A stretch of 63,134 nucleotides of DNA, the filler included, from Octopus bimaculoides (lineage: Eukaryota), in NCBI RefSeq assembly GCF_001194135.2. It is 9 parts of 7 records of this genome, joined end to end, with 100 filler letters (N's around TTAATTAATTAA, not from the genome) between each part and the next. Parts side by side here need not be neighbours in the genome. Positions count along the whole stretch, not along the records: positions 50,446 to 58,278 come from NC_068996.1; positions 58,379 to 60,859 come from NW_026414789.1; positions 60,960 to 63,134 come from NC_068982.1; 6 more parts are not named here. One strand, written 5' to 3'. The notes under the pieces are model-generated. The model was not told where the DNA came from. It was given only the letters and a program-made list of their open reading frames with translations, and did no database searches. Positions 52,400-63,134 of the stretch are shown one piece after another. The translations under genes were made by a program, and so were the position numbers. Within the stretch, counting starts at the first letter, position 1. The number at the start of each line of letters is the position of its first letter.

Positions 52400-52730
52400 A
52401 AAAGAAAAAAAGGACCCCTTTCGGTCACGAATGACCATGGGATTACACCTAGAAAATTCCCCTCCGAGGCACAAGTCCGGGCAAGGTTGTTTATGTAAGA
52501 CCCGCAGTCGCCCATGCTTACTAGCCTTCCCCTCTACACGCCACCAATGTTATCCAAGGGAAAGGCAAAGGGGCCAATGCAGCTTGGCACCAGTGACGTC
52601 ACAACTCATTTTTACAACTGAGTTAACTGAAGTGAAATAAAGTGTCTTGCTCAAGAATACAACACAGTCCGGTCAGGGAAACGAATTCACTACCTCATGA
52701 TTATGAGGCCGACAGAATCACGTATTTCGT
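52400..52730 (-). mobile_element. Third SINE family (partial copy also at 20364-20520)
   Basis: GTGAAATAAAGTGTCTTGCTCAAGAATACAAC core; TGTTATCCAAGGGAAAG shared with the 20364 copy. Confidence 0.65.
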
Positions 52731-55700
52731 AACCTAAAGGGTAATGTCGATCTAGGCTCCTGATCTTGGGATCCATCTAATTGTATTTGACTCCTGTTAT
52801 ATTCGCCAACATCTTCAACAAACAAATCAGCACTTCACAAACAATATTGCTTCAAGATCTCTGGCACTCTTTATTTCAGAAGCAGATTTTATATCAAAGT
52901 CCAATCTGATAACGCGTCCCCTATCTTGGGATGATGATCCATCTGTTACGAAAGACAAAAGACAGTACTTTAAAGTGGCAGAGACGTGTAGAAAAGATAG
53001 AAAATAAAAGGAGAGACCAAGCAACAAACAGAATCTTGAATACTATCAGAATAGCCCCGCTTGCTTGAAATTACAAGGAAGCGAGCCTCTATCCTGGATA
53101 GATCAGACAGGTCTACATTTGTAACAGTGGAAAAATAATCTTGTATCAAAGAATAGAACTGAAACGGACATGCAGTCGATCGGTGTGGAGGACAGGAAGA
53201 AATAATGCGAAGTATGCTTAAGTTGTTTCAAAGTTGAAAGAAAGCATGATATGGTTCTGTAGTGAACCTTGGTGGTCAAGCAGGAAAGCAAAACGAAAAA
53301 GGGATTTAACGACCTTCTAGAAAGTTCTCGAACATTCCAGAAGCTTCCAGTTGACGTGGAAGTCGGGGACTTCCGGTTCATCCCTTATATAAAGGAAAAA
53401 TTTGCTAAATTCGTGCCACTCAGTGTCTGTCCAGTCTTCGACAAGCATTGAGTCGGCCCACCCGCATACACACCCGCTCGCGCGTACGTTCGCCTCACTT
53501 ACTTGGAGACATGTGTTTCAAAAAAAGAATATGTTCATGTAATATTACAAGCCTTTCCTTCAATTAACCTTATATGTCAACGCATTACCTCCAGTAATGA
53601 ATATGTTATGGCTTATTACAAACGTCACTTGAATTCCTATTTTCTTGTTATTACGTACAAAATGGTGATCCCTCTTTCTCTCACACTCATTAAATTATAG
53701 GATGTCACTTAATCGATATTTTCGCTATGGTTCGATATTTTTAAGATTGTCAGTCATGTGTGATAAAGAAGTTTGTTATAGATTTGAAATGACAAGGAAT
53801 CTGGGAATGCATATCTGTGGAAAGTAGGATAGTAGCATTACGAAAGCAAATGTGCTGTACTTTTTACACTGAATTCTTACAACTTGTTGATGGCATTTTT
53901 GAGTTTTTTTTTATGTGCATGGTACCTGATGAGGGCTTGAACACTTGACCAAATGTTGTTAAATTAGAAAACAGAAAGTTGTATGTTGAAAGACGGCGAA
54001 TATAGGTTTGTCACGGATGACGCATCTTTGGATTTGCCACATAAAACATGCAAAATGGAAATTTACAGGTTTATCCAATGTATCGGCATTGAGAACGTTG
54101 TCTACTAAATTGGTCAAGGGTTCAATGACGGACAAACTGACTTAAGTATTCAGAAGACCAGCCTGATGTTCTGTATTCCTTTTGGGCCAAATCAATGTAG
54201 CCCTTTCCCCTATCCATTATTACCAATGCTGATTCATCTCTGTCAGCGAGAAGGAAATCTGCGACGCAATTATTTATTTTCCAATTTATTCTAGATCCAG
54301 TTTTGAAGGTTTGCACTCCGGCGTCTCAAAGATTGCATTTCTAAAATATGTGAAGAAGCGACAGTTTATTTGATTTACTCTTTTGCCAAATTTATCATTG
54401 ACGTTCTCAAAGGAATTCTTTCTTATCATGTCAAGAATGGCAGCGTTTATCTCCAACCAGTCGCTAAAGATGTACTCCATCCTGGTCTCTTAAGCATCTA
54501 AAATGATGGCTACTTGGTTTCCTTTAATATCGGTTTTAAATTTTGGGACAGGGACTACCATTTCGGGGAAGAGATAAGTCGATTACATCGAATTTGAAAT
54601 TTGAATGTAAGGATGGACGAAATTCTGCCAGGCATTTTACCCAGTGTTCTAACGATTCTGCCAGCTCGCGGTCTTAATTCATTTAGTACAAGAAATGGAG
54701 TGAATACTACTGGTAAGACACGAAAGATTCTAACCTAGTGCTATTTATGGAAGACTATAGGGTTTGAGGACTGAGCACTTGTAAGCATCTTGAGTATTGA
54801 TAAAATATACTTGCCCATGATGTCACGCACCATGGATCTGTGATGCGAAGCGAACTTGTAAACCATTTCGCCAGACTTCATCCACGTTACACAATGTGCT
54901 AGCTCTTGACAAAACACAGAACGAACATTATTTGTAAAATCATGTTTAATAAATTATAAATTCTTTGATTATTGTTGTTGCTGTTATTTTTTTTATCAGT
55001 CTGGTGTAGACTTTTTACATTAATTTCTGTATACATGATATATACTCGTCAAAGTACAGGGACATAAAAGGAAAAGTTATGTTTTTTGAGATTTGGAACC
55101 AGAACCAGACATGATACGAGTAAATACCTGAAGAAATTCCTCTTTCGTTTTTCTATTTAAGGATCTAGGATGTCCCCCCACCAAAAAAAAACAAAACAAA
55201 ACAAAAAAAAACAGAGAAAGAACTAAAACGAAAACAAGAAAGCTTTTTAAACTGTAAACTATTTTCACTCTATAAGAAATATATAGCTTTGTAAAATGTT
55301 GAATTTAGCTTAATTTGTTTGTCTCAAGTTACGCTGTGCTGACGATTCCAAAGAAGGATGAAATAGTGCTATAAATGGCTACCAGCAACTAGAAACTTTA
55401 AGAAACTTACANNNNNNNNNNNNNNNNNNNNNNNNNNNNNNNNNNNNNNNNNNNNNNNNNNNNNNNNNNNNNNNNNNNNNNNNNNNNNNNNNNNNNNNNN
55501 NNNNNNNNNNNNNNNNNNNNNNNNNNNNNNNNNNNNNNNNNNNNNNNNNNNNNNNNNNNNNNNNNNNNNNNNNNNNNNNNNNNNNNNNNNNNNNNNNNNN
55601 NNNNNNNNNNNNNNNNNNNNNNNNNNNNNNNNNNNNNNNNNNNNNNNNNNNNNNNNNNNNNNNNNNNNNNNNNNNNNNNNNNNNNNNNNNNNNNNNNNNN

Positions 55701-55848
55701 NNNNNNNNNNNNNNNNNNNNNNNNNNNNNNNNNNNNNNNNNNNNNNNNNNNNNNNNNNNNNNNNNNNNNNNNNNNNNNNNNNNNNNNNNNNNNNNNNNNN
55801 NNNNNNNNNNNNNNNNNNNNNNNNNNNNNNNNNNNNNNNNNNNNNNNN

Positions 55849-55883
<35 letters not shown>

Positions 55884-55889
55884 GTGTGT

Positions 55890-56115
55890 GTGTATATGTT
55901 CGTGTGTCTGTGTTTGTCCCCCCCCCCAACTTTGCTTGACAATCGATGCTGGTGTGTTTACGTCCCCGTAACTTAACGGTTCGGCTAAAGAGACAGATAG
56001 AATAAGTACTAGGCTTACAAAGAATAAGTCCTGGGGTCGATTAGCTCGACTAAAAGGTGGTGCTCCAGCATGGCCACAGTCAAATGACTGAAACAAGTAA
56101 AAGAGTAAAAGAGTA
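55890..56115 (+). mobile_element. SINE 3' half with GTAAAAGA tail repeats (another copy 34154-34300)
   Basis: Near-identical copies ...GAATAAGTACTAGGCT...GGGGTCGATT...GTGCTCCAGCATGGC...AAACAAGTAAAAGAGTAAA. Confidence 0.85.
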
Positions 56116-57738
56116 TGCTCTGTTCATCTACTTTTTTCTTTGATATAAGTTCCAAATTTCAAATCTGCTTCGACTTAATCTTCCATATAATGGTTGACCA
56201 TTAGAAGTACACCACTTGTTTGTATATTCCATTGTTCTACAATAACACACACAGAAATACGCGCGCGAACTTCACGTCTATTTGCATTCACTCCTGTAAA
56301 TGAAATGATATCTCCCAAGTATAGAGGTTGATTTTGCCAGCCTCTGGTGCACGAAAAGCAAACTTGTCTTTTGGCTTTGGGTGGATTTCAAATTAGAACA
56401 CCAAGAAAATATTTTGTTAATTTTTGTATCATAACATATCAATTTTGTCATAGTATAATATACACGCGCGTGCGTATCTGTTTGTTTATATCTGTATCAT
56501 ATGTGTGCGTAAGCATTTAAGAAGTTCCTGAGTGAAAGGTAATTACTCGATGTCTACAGGTGAGATAGCTGTACTATTACAGCTATGAAAGTGAACAAAT
56601 AAGAGAAAAGCTGGATTGGAAAAGGAAAATAAACATGAAAATAGAACAGTGACCTGTCATGGCTATGACTCATCCATACCATAGTAAAATAAAGACTGCA
56701 TTAGATTCAATGCCACCCAGGCACTCTCTATTTACCATTATTCATATTGGTCTTCTCTCCACTCAACAGACCCTTAAACAAGCACTTCGCCCAATCCTTA
56801 TTACATGAACTTATTACATTTGAAATTCAACCCCTACTGAGCGTATTATTTAAGCAAGCTTGTTCTGTGATAACATTAACCGCATCGACACCGTCGATCT
56901 AGTGGAGGTGAGTTTGGAAGGCTAATAGGAACAATCTGTTTCTTCAATAATGTCATGAAAGATGTGATGACGTCAACAAAGAGAGAAACGAAAAGGAAAA
57001 AAAAGAAAGTGGTTATTTAAAATCTATAGAAAAAAATGTAACGAGAATAAAGATTATGATGATGATGATGATGAAATAGAGGTATCGGTGGCAGTGACGC
57101 ACACATGCATACATACACGCATACATACATGCATACACACATGCATACACACGTACATACATACATACATACATACATACATACACACACACATACATAC
57201 ATACATACATACACACATACATTCATACATACATACATACACGCATACATAGTACATACATACATACACGCATACATACATATATACATACACGCATACA
57301 TACATACATACATACATATATAATACATATATACGTACAAACATGCATACATACATACATACATACACACACACAAACATACATACATACATACACACAC
57401 ACACATACATACATACATACATACATACATACGTACATACATAATACATACACACACGCACACATACATATGCGCGGGCGGACGGACTGACACACGCACG
57501 CACATATACAATGCGTTTCAAATTGTTAACGACATACATTAAAATTTTTTTTATTTAAAATCTACTCCTTGGAATTCAACGAAATTTCCACAGAACGACG
57601 GCAACATTTATATGTGCATGGCGTGTAAAAAAAACGTGAGGTTTTGTGCAAGTGTAAACAAACCGCTGTCATTTGCATGATTTCCACGATCTTTCAGTGC
57701 TCCAAATTATTAGCGAGTGGTCTGATTATAGTATAATT

Positions 57739-57840
57739 ATGGGTCGTAAATGTGACTTAACTGCTCCATAGAAATCTGGTATTACTTCTGAACTTGCAAA
57801 AGGTAAATCAACAATGGAAATATCTAAAATGATTGGAAGA
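57739..57840 (+). pseudogene. Tc1-like transposase N-terminal fragment
   Basis: MGRKCDLTAP*KSGITSELAKGKSTMEISKMIGR, a paired-type HTH start. Confidence 0.6.
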
Positions 57841-57842
57841 TG

Positions 57843-58278
57843 TTGCGTCCGATTTGAACTTCACTTCCAGTTCAAAGTTCTTGAGACATCCCAATTCTTG
57901 CTTGAAAAGATCTGGAAATTCATCACACATGTTGTTACAATCTTACTGCAGGGAAACATAGGGCTCGCTTGAGGTCTTTGGATACATCCCCTCTGCACCT
58001 TCCCTCTTAGCTTGGCTGTCTATGCTTTTCAAACCTAGAGCAGTGTCTACGGAAATTCCCAGAGTCTGGATAGCATTCCGACCCAGCAAATTAAGATCAG
58101 AGATCTTGGTGACTATGTAAGGTATAAGATCCTGCTTACCAGTTGTTGGATCCTTGGTTTGGCCCATGAAAGTTCCTAGAACAGGCAGGTTGTGCTTGCT
58201 GGCAGATTCATAGCGATGCTTGACATCTTGCAGCTTTGGTCTTCCAAGTTGTTTCCAGACTGACAAGGAAACAAAATT
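57843..58278 (-). mobile_element. Gypsy/Ty3 pol fragment (protease end to start of RT)
   Basis: VWKQLGRPKL...LNLLGRNAIQTLGI...EFPDLFKQELGCLKNFELEVKFKSDA with one stop. Confidence 0.85.
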
Positions 58279-58397
58279 NNNNNNNNNNNNNNNNNNNNNN
58301 NNNNNNNNNNNNNNNNNNNNNNTTAATTAATTAANNNNNNNNNNNNNNNNNNNNNNNNNNNNNNNNNNNNNNNNNNNNATATATATATATAAATTAA

Positions 58398-58843
58398 GGA
58401 ATGGAGTAGATAAGATTTGGGCTACACATGTTTCATAGCGAGCGGAACCTCGGAAGTGGTAAATATCCAAGCGGGGTGAAATACCGCAGGCTACACTTCA
58501 GGTGAAGGATATCTTGATTAAACGAAAGTTTGCATTGTCGTAAGAAGGTACACGTTAACACATGGAAGATTCAATCATTTCATGTCAAGGATATCTTGAT
58601 AAAAGGAAAGTTTATATTGTTGCAAGGAGGAACATGTTAATACATGGAAGATTCAATCAGAATGTGATTGAATCTTCCATGTGTTAACATGTACCTCTTA
58701 GCGACAATGCAAACTTTTGTTTAATCAAGATATTCTTCGCTTGAAGAGCAACCTGCGGTATATATTTCGTTTGGATATTTACCACTTCTGAGGTTCCGCA
58801 CGCTATGAAACATGTGTACTCCGGATCTTATCTACTCTAGTCC
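58398..58843. mobile_element. Fold-back element with TTAA flanks and GG...CC termini (Kolobok-like MITE)
   Basis: TTAA|GGAATGGAGTAGATAAGAT... and ...ATCTTATCTACTCTAGTCC|TTAA; about 185-bp inverted arms. Confidence 0.75.
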
Positions 58844-58999
58844 TTAACTCTTATGTTCTTATTCGCATACCCGGCAACCCTGGTCGCCTACGGTGAAATA
58901 TAAAAAGAGCTTTTAAAGCCTGTTTTTCGCTCTATCTAATCGTGCTACTCTTTTCTTTTTGACTAATTAGGCCATTTTTTCTGGAACGTTGAATACAAC

Positions 59000-60498
59000 A
59001 TGGACAAAAAGCAAATTCGCACAATTTTCTTATTCCAGTTCAAGCTAGGCCGAAAAGCTGCTGAAACAGCTCGCAACATCAACGATGCGTTTGGTCCAGG
59101 AACCACTAATGAACGTACAGCACAATGGTGGTTCAAGAAATTTCGTAGCGGTGACAAGAGTCTTGAAGATGATAAGCGTAGTGGTTGGCCATCGGATGTT
59201 GACAACGATCAACTAAGAGCCTTAGTGGAAGCCAATCCACGCCCAACTGTTCGAGAGCTTGCTTCTGAATTAGACGTAGCGTATATGACAATTTCCAACT
59301 ACTTGAAAGAGATTGGAAAAACAAAAATACTTGAGNNNNNNNNNNNNNNNNNNNNNNNNNNNNNNNNNNNNNNNNNNNNNNNNNNNNNNNNNNNNNNNNN
59401 NNNNNNNNNNNNNNNNNNNNNNNNNNNNNNNNNNNNNNNNNNNNNNNNNNNNNNNNNNNNNNNNNNNNNNNNNNNNNNNNNNNNNNNNNNNNNNNNNNNN
59501 NNNNNNNNNNNNNNNNNNNNNNNNNNNNNNNNNNNNNNNNNNNNNNNNNNNNNNNNNNNNNNNNNNNNNNNNNNNNNNNNNNNNNNNNNNNNNNNNNNNN
59601 NNNNNNNNNNNNNNNNNNNNNNNNNNNNNNNNNNNNNNNNNNNNNNNNNNNNNNNNNNNNNNNNNNNNNNNNNNNNNNNNNNNNNNNNNNNNNNNNNNNN
59701 NNNNNNNNNNNNNNNNNNNNNNNGAACGAATTGGGCTACGTAACTGCCTCATCCGCCATACTCACTAGACCTCTCGCCTACCGACTACTACTTTTTCAAG
59801 CATCTCGGCAACTTCCTGCGTGAGAAATGCTTCAAAAACCAAGACGATGCTAAACACGCCTTCAACGATTTCATCGCCACCAGAACGCAGGATTTTTACG
59901 CTACTGGCATAAATTGTAGTGGCGCAAAATTATAGCCGCCATTGAGGAAGTACTATTCTGCGCATGCGCAGGGGACTTCACCACCGGAAGCCCCTCGAGT
60001 GCGCATGCGTAGTAAAACTGGTACTTAAAGAGAGAGTTTCACTTTGTTAGGCAGTTGAACCACAGAGCTTCTACGTGACAACTCCTCGCTCCTCAACGAA
60101 TCACCACTTCACTTCGATGGTGATAGCTACTTGTTTCTCTGGTAGGCGTCAAGGAATCCTTTAACCTTCCAATACCAAATCACAACTTAATCAGCGGCTG
60201 CTAAGCTGAATGACAGGAATTGTGAAACCAAGCATCATCATAAATAAACCTTATTTTTATTATGTTGTAAAATTGTTCTAATGTCTCTTCATTTGTAATG
60301 CTGTTGAAAGGTGATAGAGAGAGACTAAAGTCTCTATGACATCTATCAAACTATTTACAAAATAAACTTGTTTCGTGTTGGCAAAACTGTGTTGATCTGA
60401 TGGTGTTTATTTCGATTAATAAAGTTTTGTTTGAGTAGAGATATGTGCATCTGAATTTAAAGGTTAAAAACCGCAAGAACTTTCTTGACAACCTAATA
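59000..60498 (+). mobile_element. Mariner (Hsmar1/SETMAR-like) transposon, split by a gap and a solo LTR
   Basis: MDKKQIRTIFLFQFKLGRKAAETARNIN...WFKKFRSG; HPPYSLDLSPTDYYFF; GIN|KLVSCWQ...DGVYFD*; right TIR ...TTCTTGACAACCTAATA. Confidence 0.92.
59915..60359. mobile_element. Solo LTR (445 bp) inserted in the mariner CDS
   Basis: TGTA...TACA termini; 4-bp TSD AAAT at 59911-59914 and 60360-60363; removing it restores GGC ATA AAT AAA CTT (GINKL). Confidence 0.88.
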
Positions 60499-60959
60499 GA
60501 TAACCTTCTTTATAAAAAATCTCGATGTTCTTTTAAGAAAACATAATTTAATGACGTAATACACCTAATCTAGGCAGCTACGTAATACGCAATTTTTTCC
60601 CTCTCTGAATCATGAATCTACAAGTAATAATATAACTCCTAATACTAATAATCTCGATTAGCTTTAATTAATATTATAAAAATATTAAAACTAACTGTCA
60701 TTATTTTTGTTTAATTAAAAAAAATTAAGAATATGTCTAATATATGTAATAATATTTATATACTCATGCACTCACATACAGGCATACACATATCACATAC
60801 ATATTACAAATATATATATATATATATATATATAAACAAACACACATACATTCGCTACGNNNNNNNNNNNNNNNNNNNNNNNNNNNNNNNNNNNNNNNNN
60901 NNNTTAATTAATTAANNNNNNNNNNNNNNNNNNNNNNNNNNNNNNNNNNNNNNNNNNNN

Positions 60960-61025
<66 letters not shown>

Positions 61026-61129
61026 ATCCTGCAAAGTCAATACTGCTCTGTTTTCAGCGACCCTGATTCATTTAACTCAAGCAACTTTGCTTCTTTGAAG
61101 TCTCAACATGTTATTTCCGACAGAACCTT

Positions 61130-61990
61130 CAACGCCACTAGTATCCTCGCAGCAATAATGTATTAGGTATTTCCTGACAAACAGGACCTAGCATGTTGTG
61201 GTTGATGGCAGCCACACAACACCAGCAAAAGTCATCAGCGGAGTCCTGCAGGGTACTGTGCTGGGTCCACTTCTTTTTATTGTCTATACCAATGATATTG
61301 TAAATTCCATTGAAGATAGCACCATTAAAATATAAGTAGATGTTTCTAAACTCCAGAAAGTCATTAGGGGAGCTTATGATCGAACGATGCTTTAATCGCA
61401 CCTATGTGCAGTAACGCAGTGAGTACAAAAAGAAAATATACAGTTAAATGCAAAAAAATTTGACCTCATCCACTCTGCAAAAGAGGGCACACTCAAACAA
61501 CCACATACACTACCCTATGAACCATCATACATTACCTACTTGAACCGTCGGATAATATCAGAGACTCAGGTATAACTGTCGACAGCAACATTAGCTGGAG
61601 TGTGCACATTCTCAGCAACTCGCCTTGAGCGATACATTATTTGCACCATGTGGGAAATATTTCAAAATATTATCAAAATGATATCGGTTATTATGTTTAC
61701 AATTCACCCAAGACTAGGCCCCCATGTAATTCGTCCCCTACAAAGGTCGAGATCACATCACATAAGAACATTGCAACACAATTTCTTCAGTGCAAATGGT
61801 CCGGCACCTTTCAATGTAATCCCGATAGAAATTAAAGTAGAAAAAGACTACAACTTTAAAACAGTATTTGGAAAAATTCCTCCAGGAAATACCGGATAAA
61901 CCCCCTACACATGGATACGTCTCAACCAACAACAACCTTCTGCTTGAGTGGACCATAGTGAACCGAAATAATAATTAACTAAAATACTTT
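61130..61990 (+). mobile_element. Decayed CR1-like LINE 3' part
   Basis: SGVLQGTVLGPLLFIVYTNDIVNSIEDSTIKI*VD at about 61236-61345; downstream frames are broken. Confidence 0.75.
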
Positions 61991-62051
61991 TCCAGGTGGT
62001 GCTTCTGAGTTAATCATGGCCTGGACCGACAATGGCCGAAACCAATCTAAG

Positions 62052-62095
<44 letters not shown>

Positions 62096-63134
62096 NNNNN
62101 NNNNNNNNNNNNNNNNNNNNNNNNNNNNNNNNNNNNNNNNNNNNNNNNNNNNNNNNNNNNNNNNNNNNNNNNNNNNNNNNNNNNNNNNNNNNNNNNNNNN
62201 NNNNNNNNNNNNNNNNNNNNNNNNNNNNNNNNNNNNNNNNNNNNNNNNNNNNNNNNNNNNNNNNNNNNNNNNNNNNNNNNNNNNNNNNNNNNNNNNNNNN
62301 NNNNNNNNNNNNNNNNNNNNNNNNNNNNNNNNNNNNNNNNNNNNNNNNNNNNNNNNNNNNNNNNNNNNNNNNNNNNNNNNNNNNNNNNNNNNNNNNNNNN
62401 NNNNNNNNNNNNNNNNNNNNNNNNNNNNNNNNNNNNNNNNNNNNNNNNNNNNNNNNNNNNNNNNNNNNNNNNNNNNNNNNNNNNNNNNNNNNNNNNNNNN
62501 NNNNNNNNNNNNNNNNNNNNNNNNNNNNNNNNNNNNNNNNNNNNNNNNNNNNNNNNNNNNNNNNNNNNNNNNNNNNNNNNNNNNNNNNNNNNNNNNNNNN
62601 NNNNNNTCCCCCTCGTACTTCCTCTCTTTCTCTTTTCCTCTCGTTGCTCACCTATTCTTCTACTTCCTCCCTTTGTTTCTCCCTCTACCACTCTCTCTCT
62701 TCCCCTTACACCGGCATGGTCACATGCTTCCGGTCAATAATTCTTTTCTTCCTTGGCTATCGCCGAGCAAACACGCGAACTACTTAGTCCCTTTCAAGTT
62801 CGTTCCTTACAGCGTTCATACACACATAATTTTTCTCGTCTGGCCGTAAAGCCTTTTCTGTTTGTTTTCCTGTCTTGTTTTTTGTCCGCCACTACATTCC
62901 TCCATGGCAAGATTTAATTTGTGTATACAAATTTAATTTGCGGTCCATGGGAAGAGCCGTTTTAACGATGCGTCCTGCCGAGCTCTTCGAAACGCCGGTG
63001 TTAAAACGGGGGTAGCTGATGAAGTAGAATGTTCTCTATGTGGCTTGTGTGTTTTCTCGTCTACGATTTGTTTGCAATGTCCTGTACCCAGATATGCACC
63101 TATACATACAGGTGGATGTCGGTACGCACATACC

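Noticed and set aside
54000-54500. Short ORFs on the minus strand
   Set aside because: Probably a heavily decayed LINE remnant; no motif or splice support sufficient for a call.

Overview
This is AT-rich, gapped, repeat-dense eukaryotic genomic DNA. The SINE, LINE and MITE content resembles a cephalopod (Octopus-like) assembly; that assignment is an inference. Parts of two spliced genes lie on opposite strands. (1) A minus-strand CCDC191-like gene has five phase-consistent exons (15806-15702, 15553-15435, 13469-13307, 12193-12003, 7989-7764) and a probable sixth starting at 1248. (2) The last three plus-strand exons (21268-21434, 22044-22157, 24398-24488) encode the C-terminal half of a PTPRR/PTPN5/PTPN7-type tyrosine phosphatase domain (WPD loop, HCSAGIGRTG, QTHEQY). 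The missing 5' part of each gene points toward the other, implying nesting/antisense interleaving or a scaffolding error. The rest is mostly decayed mobile DNA: RTE and CR1-like LINEs, maT, mariner, Tc1, hAT, Gypsy, a solo LTR, Helitron ends, SINEs, MITEs and microsatellites. The most unusual signals are a small repeat family carrying Penelope-type minimal hammerhead-ribozyme motifs next to a tRNA-derived head, a ~4 kb CpG-saturated satellite with ~520-650 bp higher-order units, a possible tail-anchored CCDC191 isoform, and several long hairpins.
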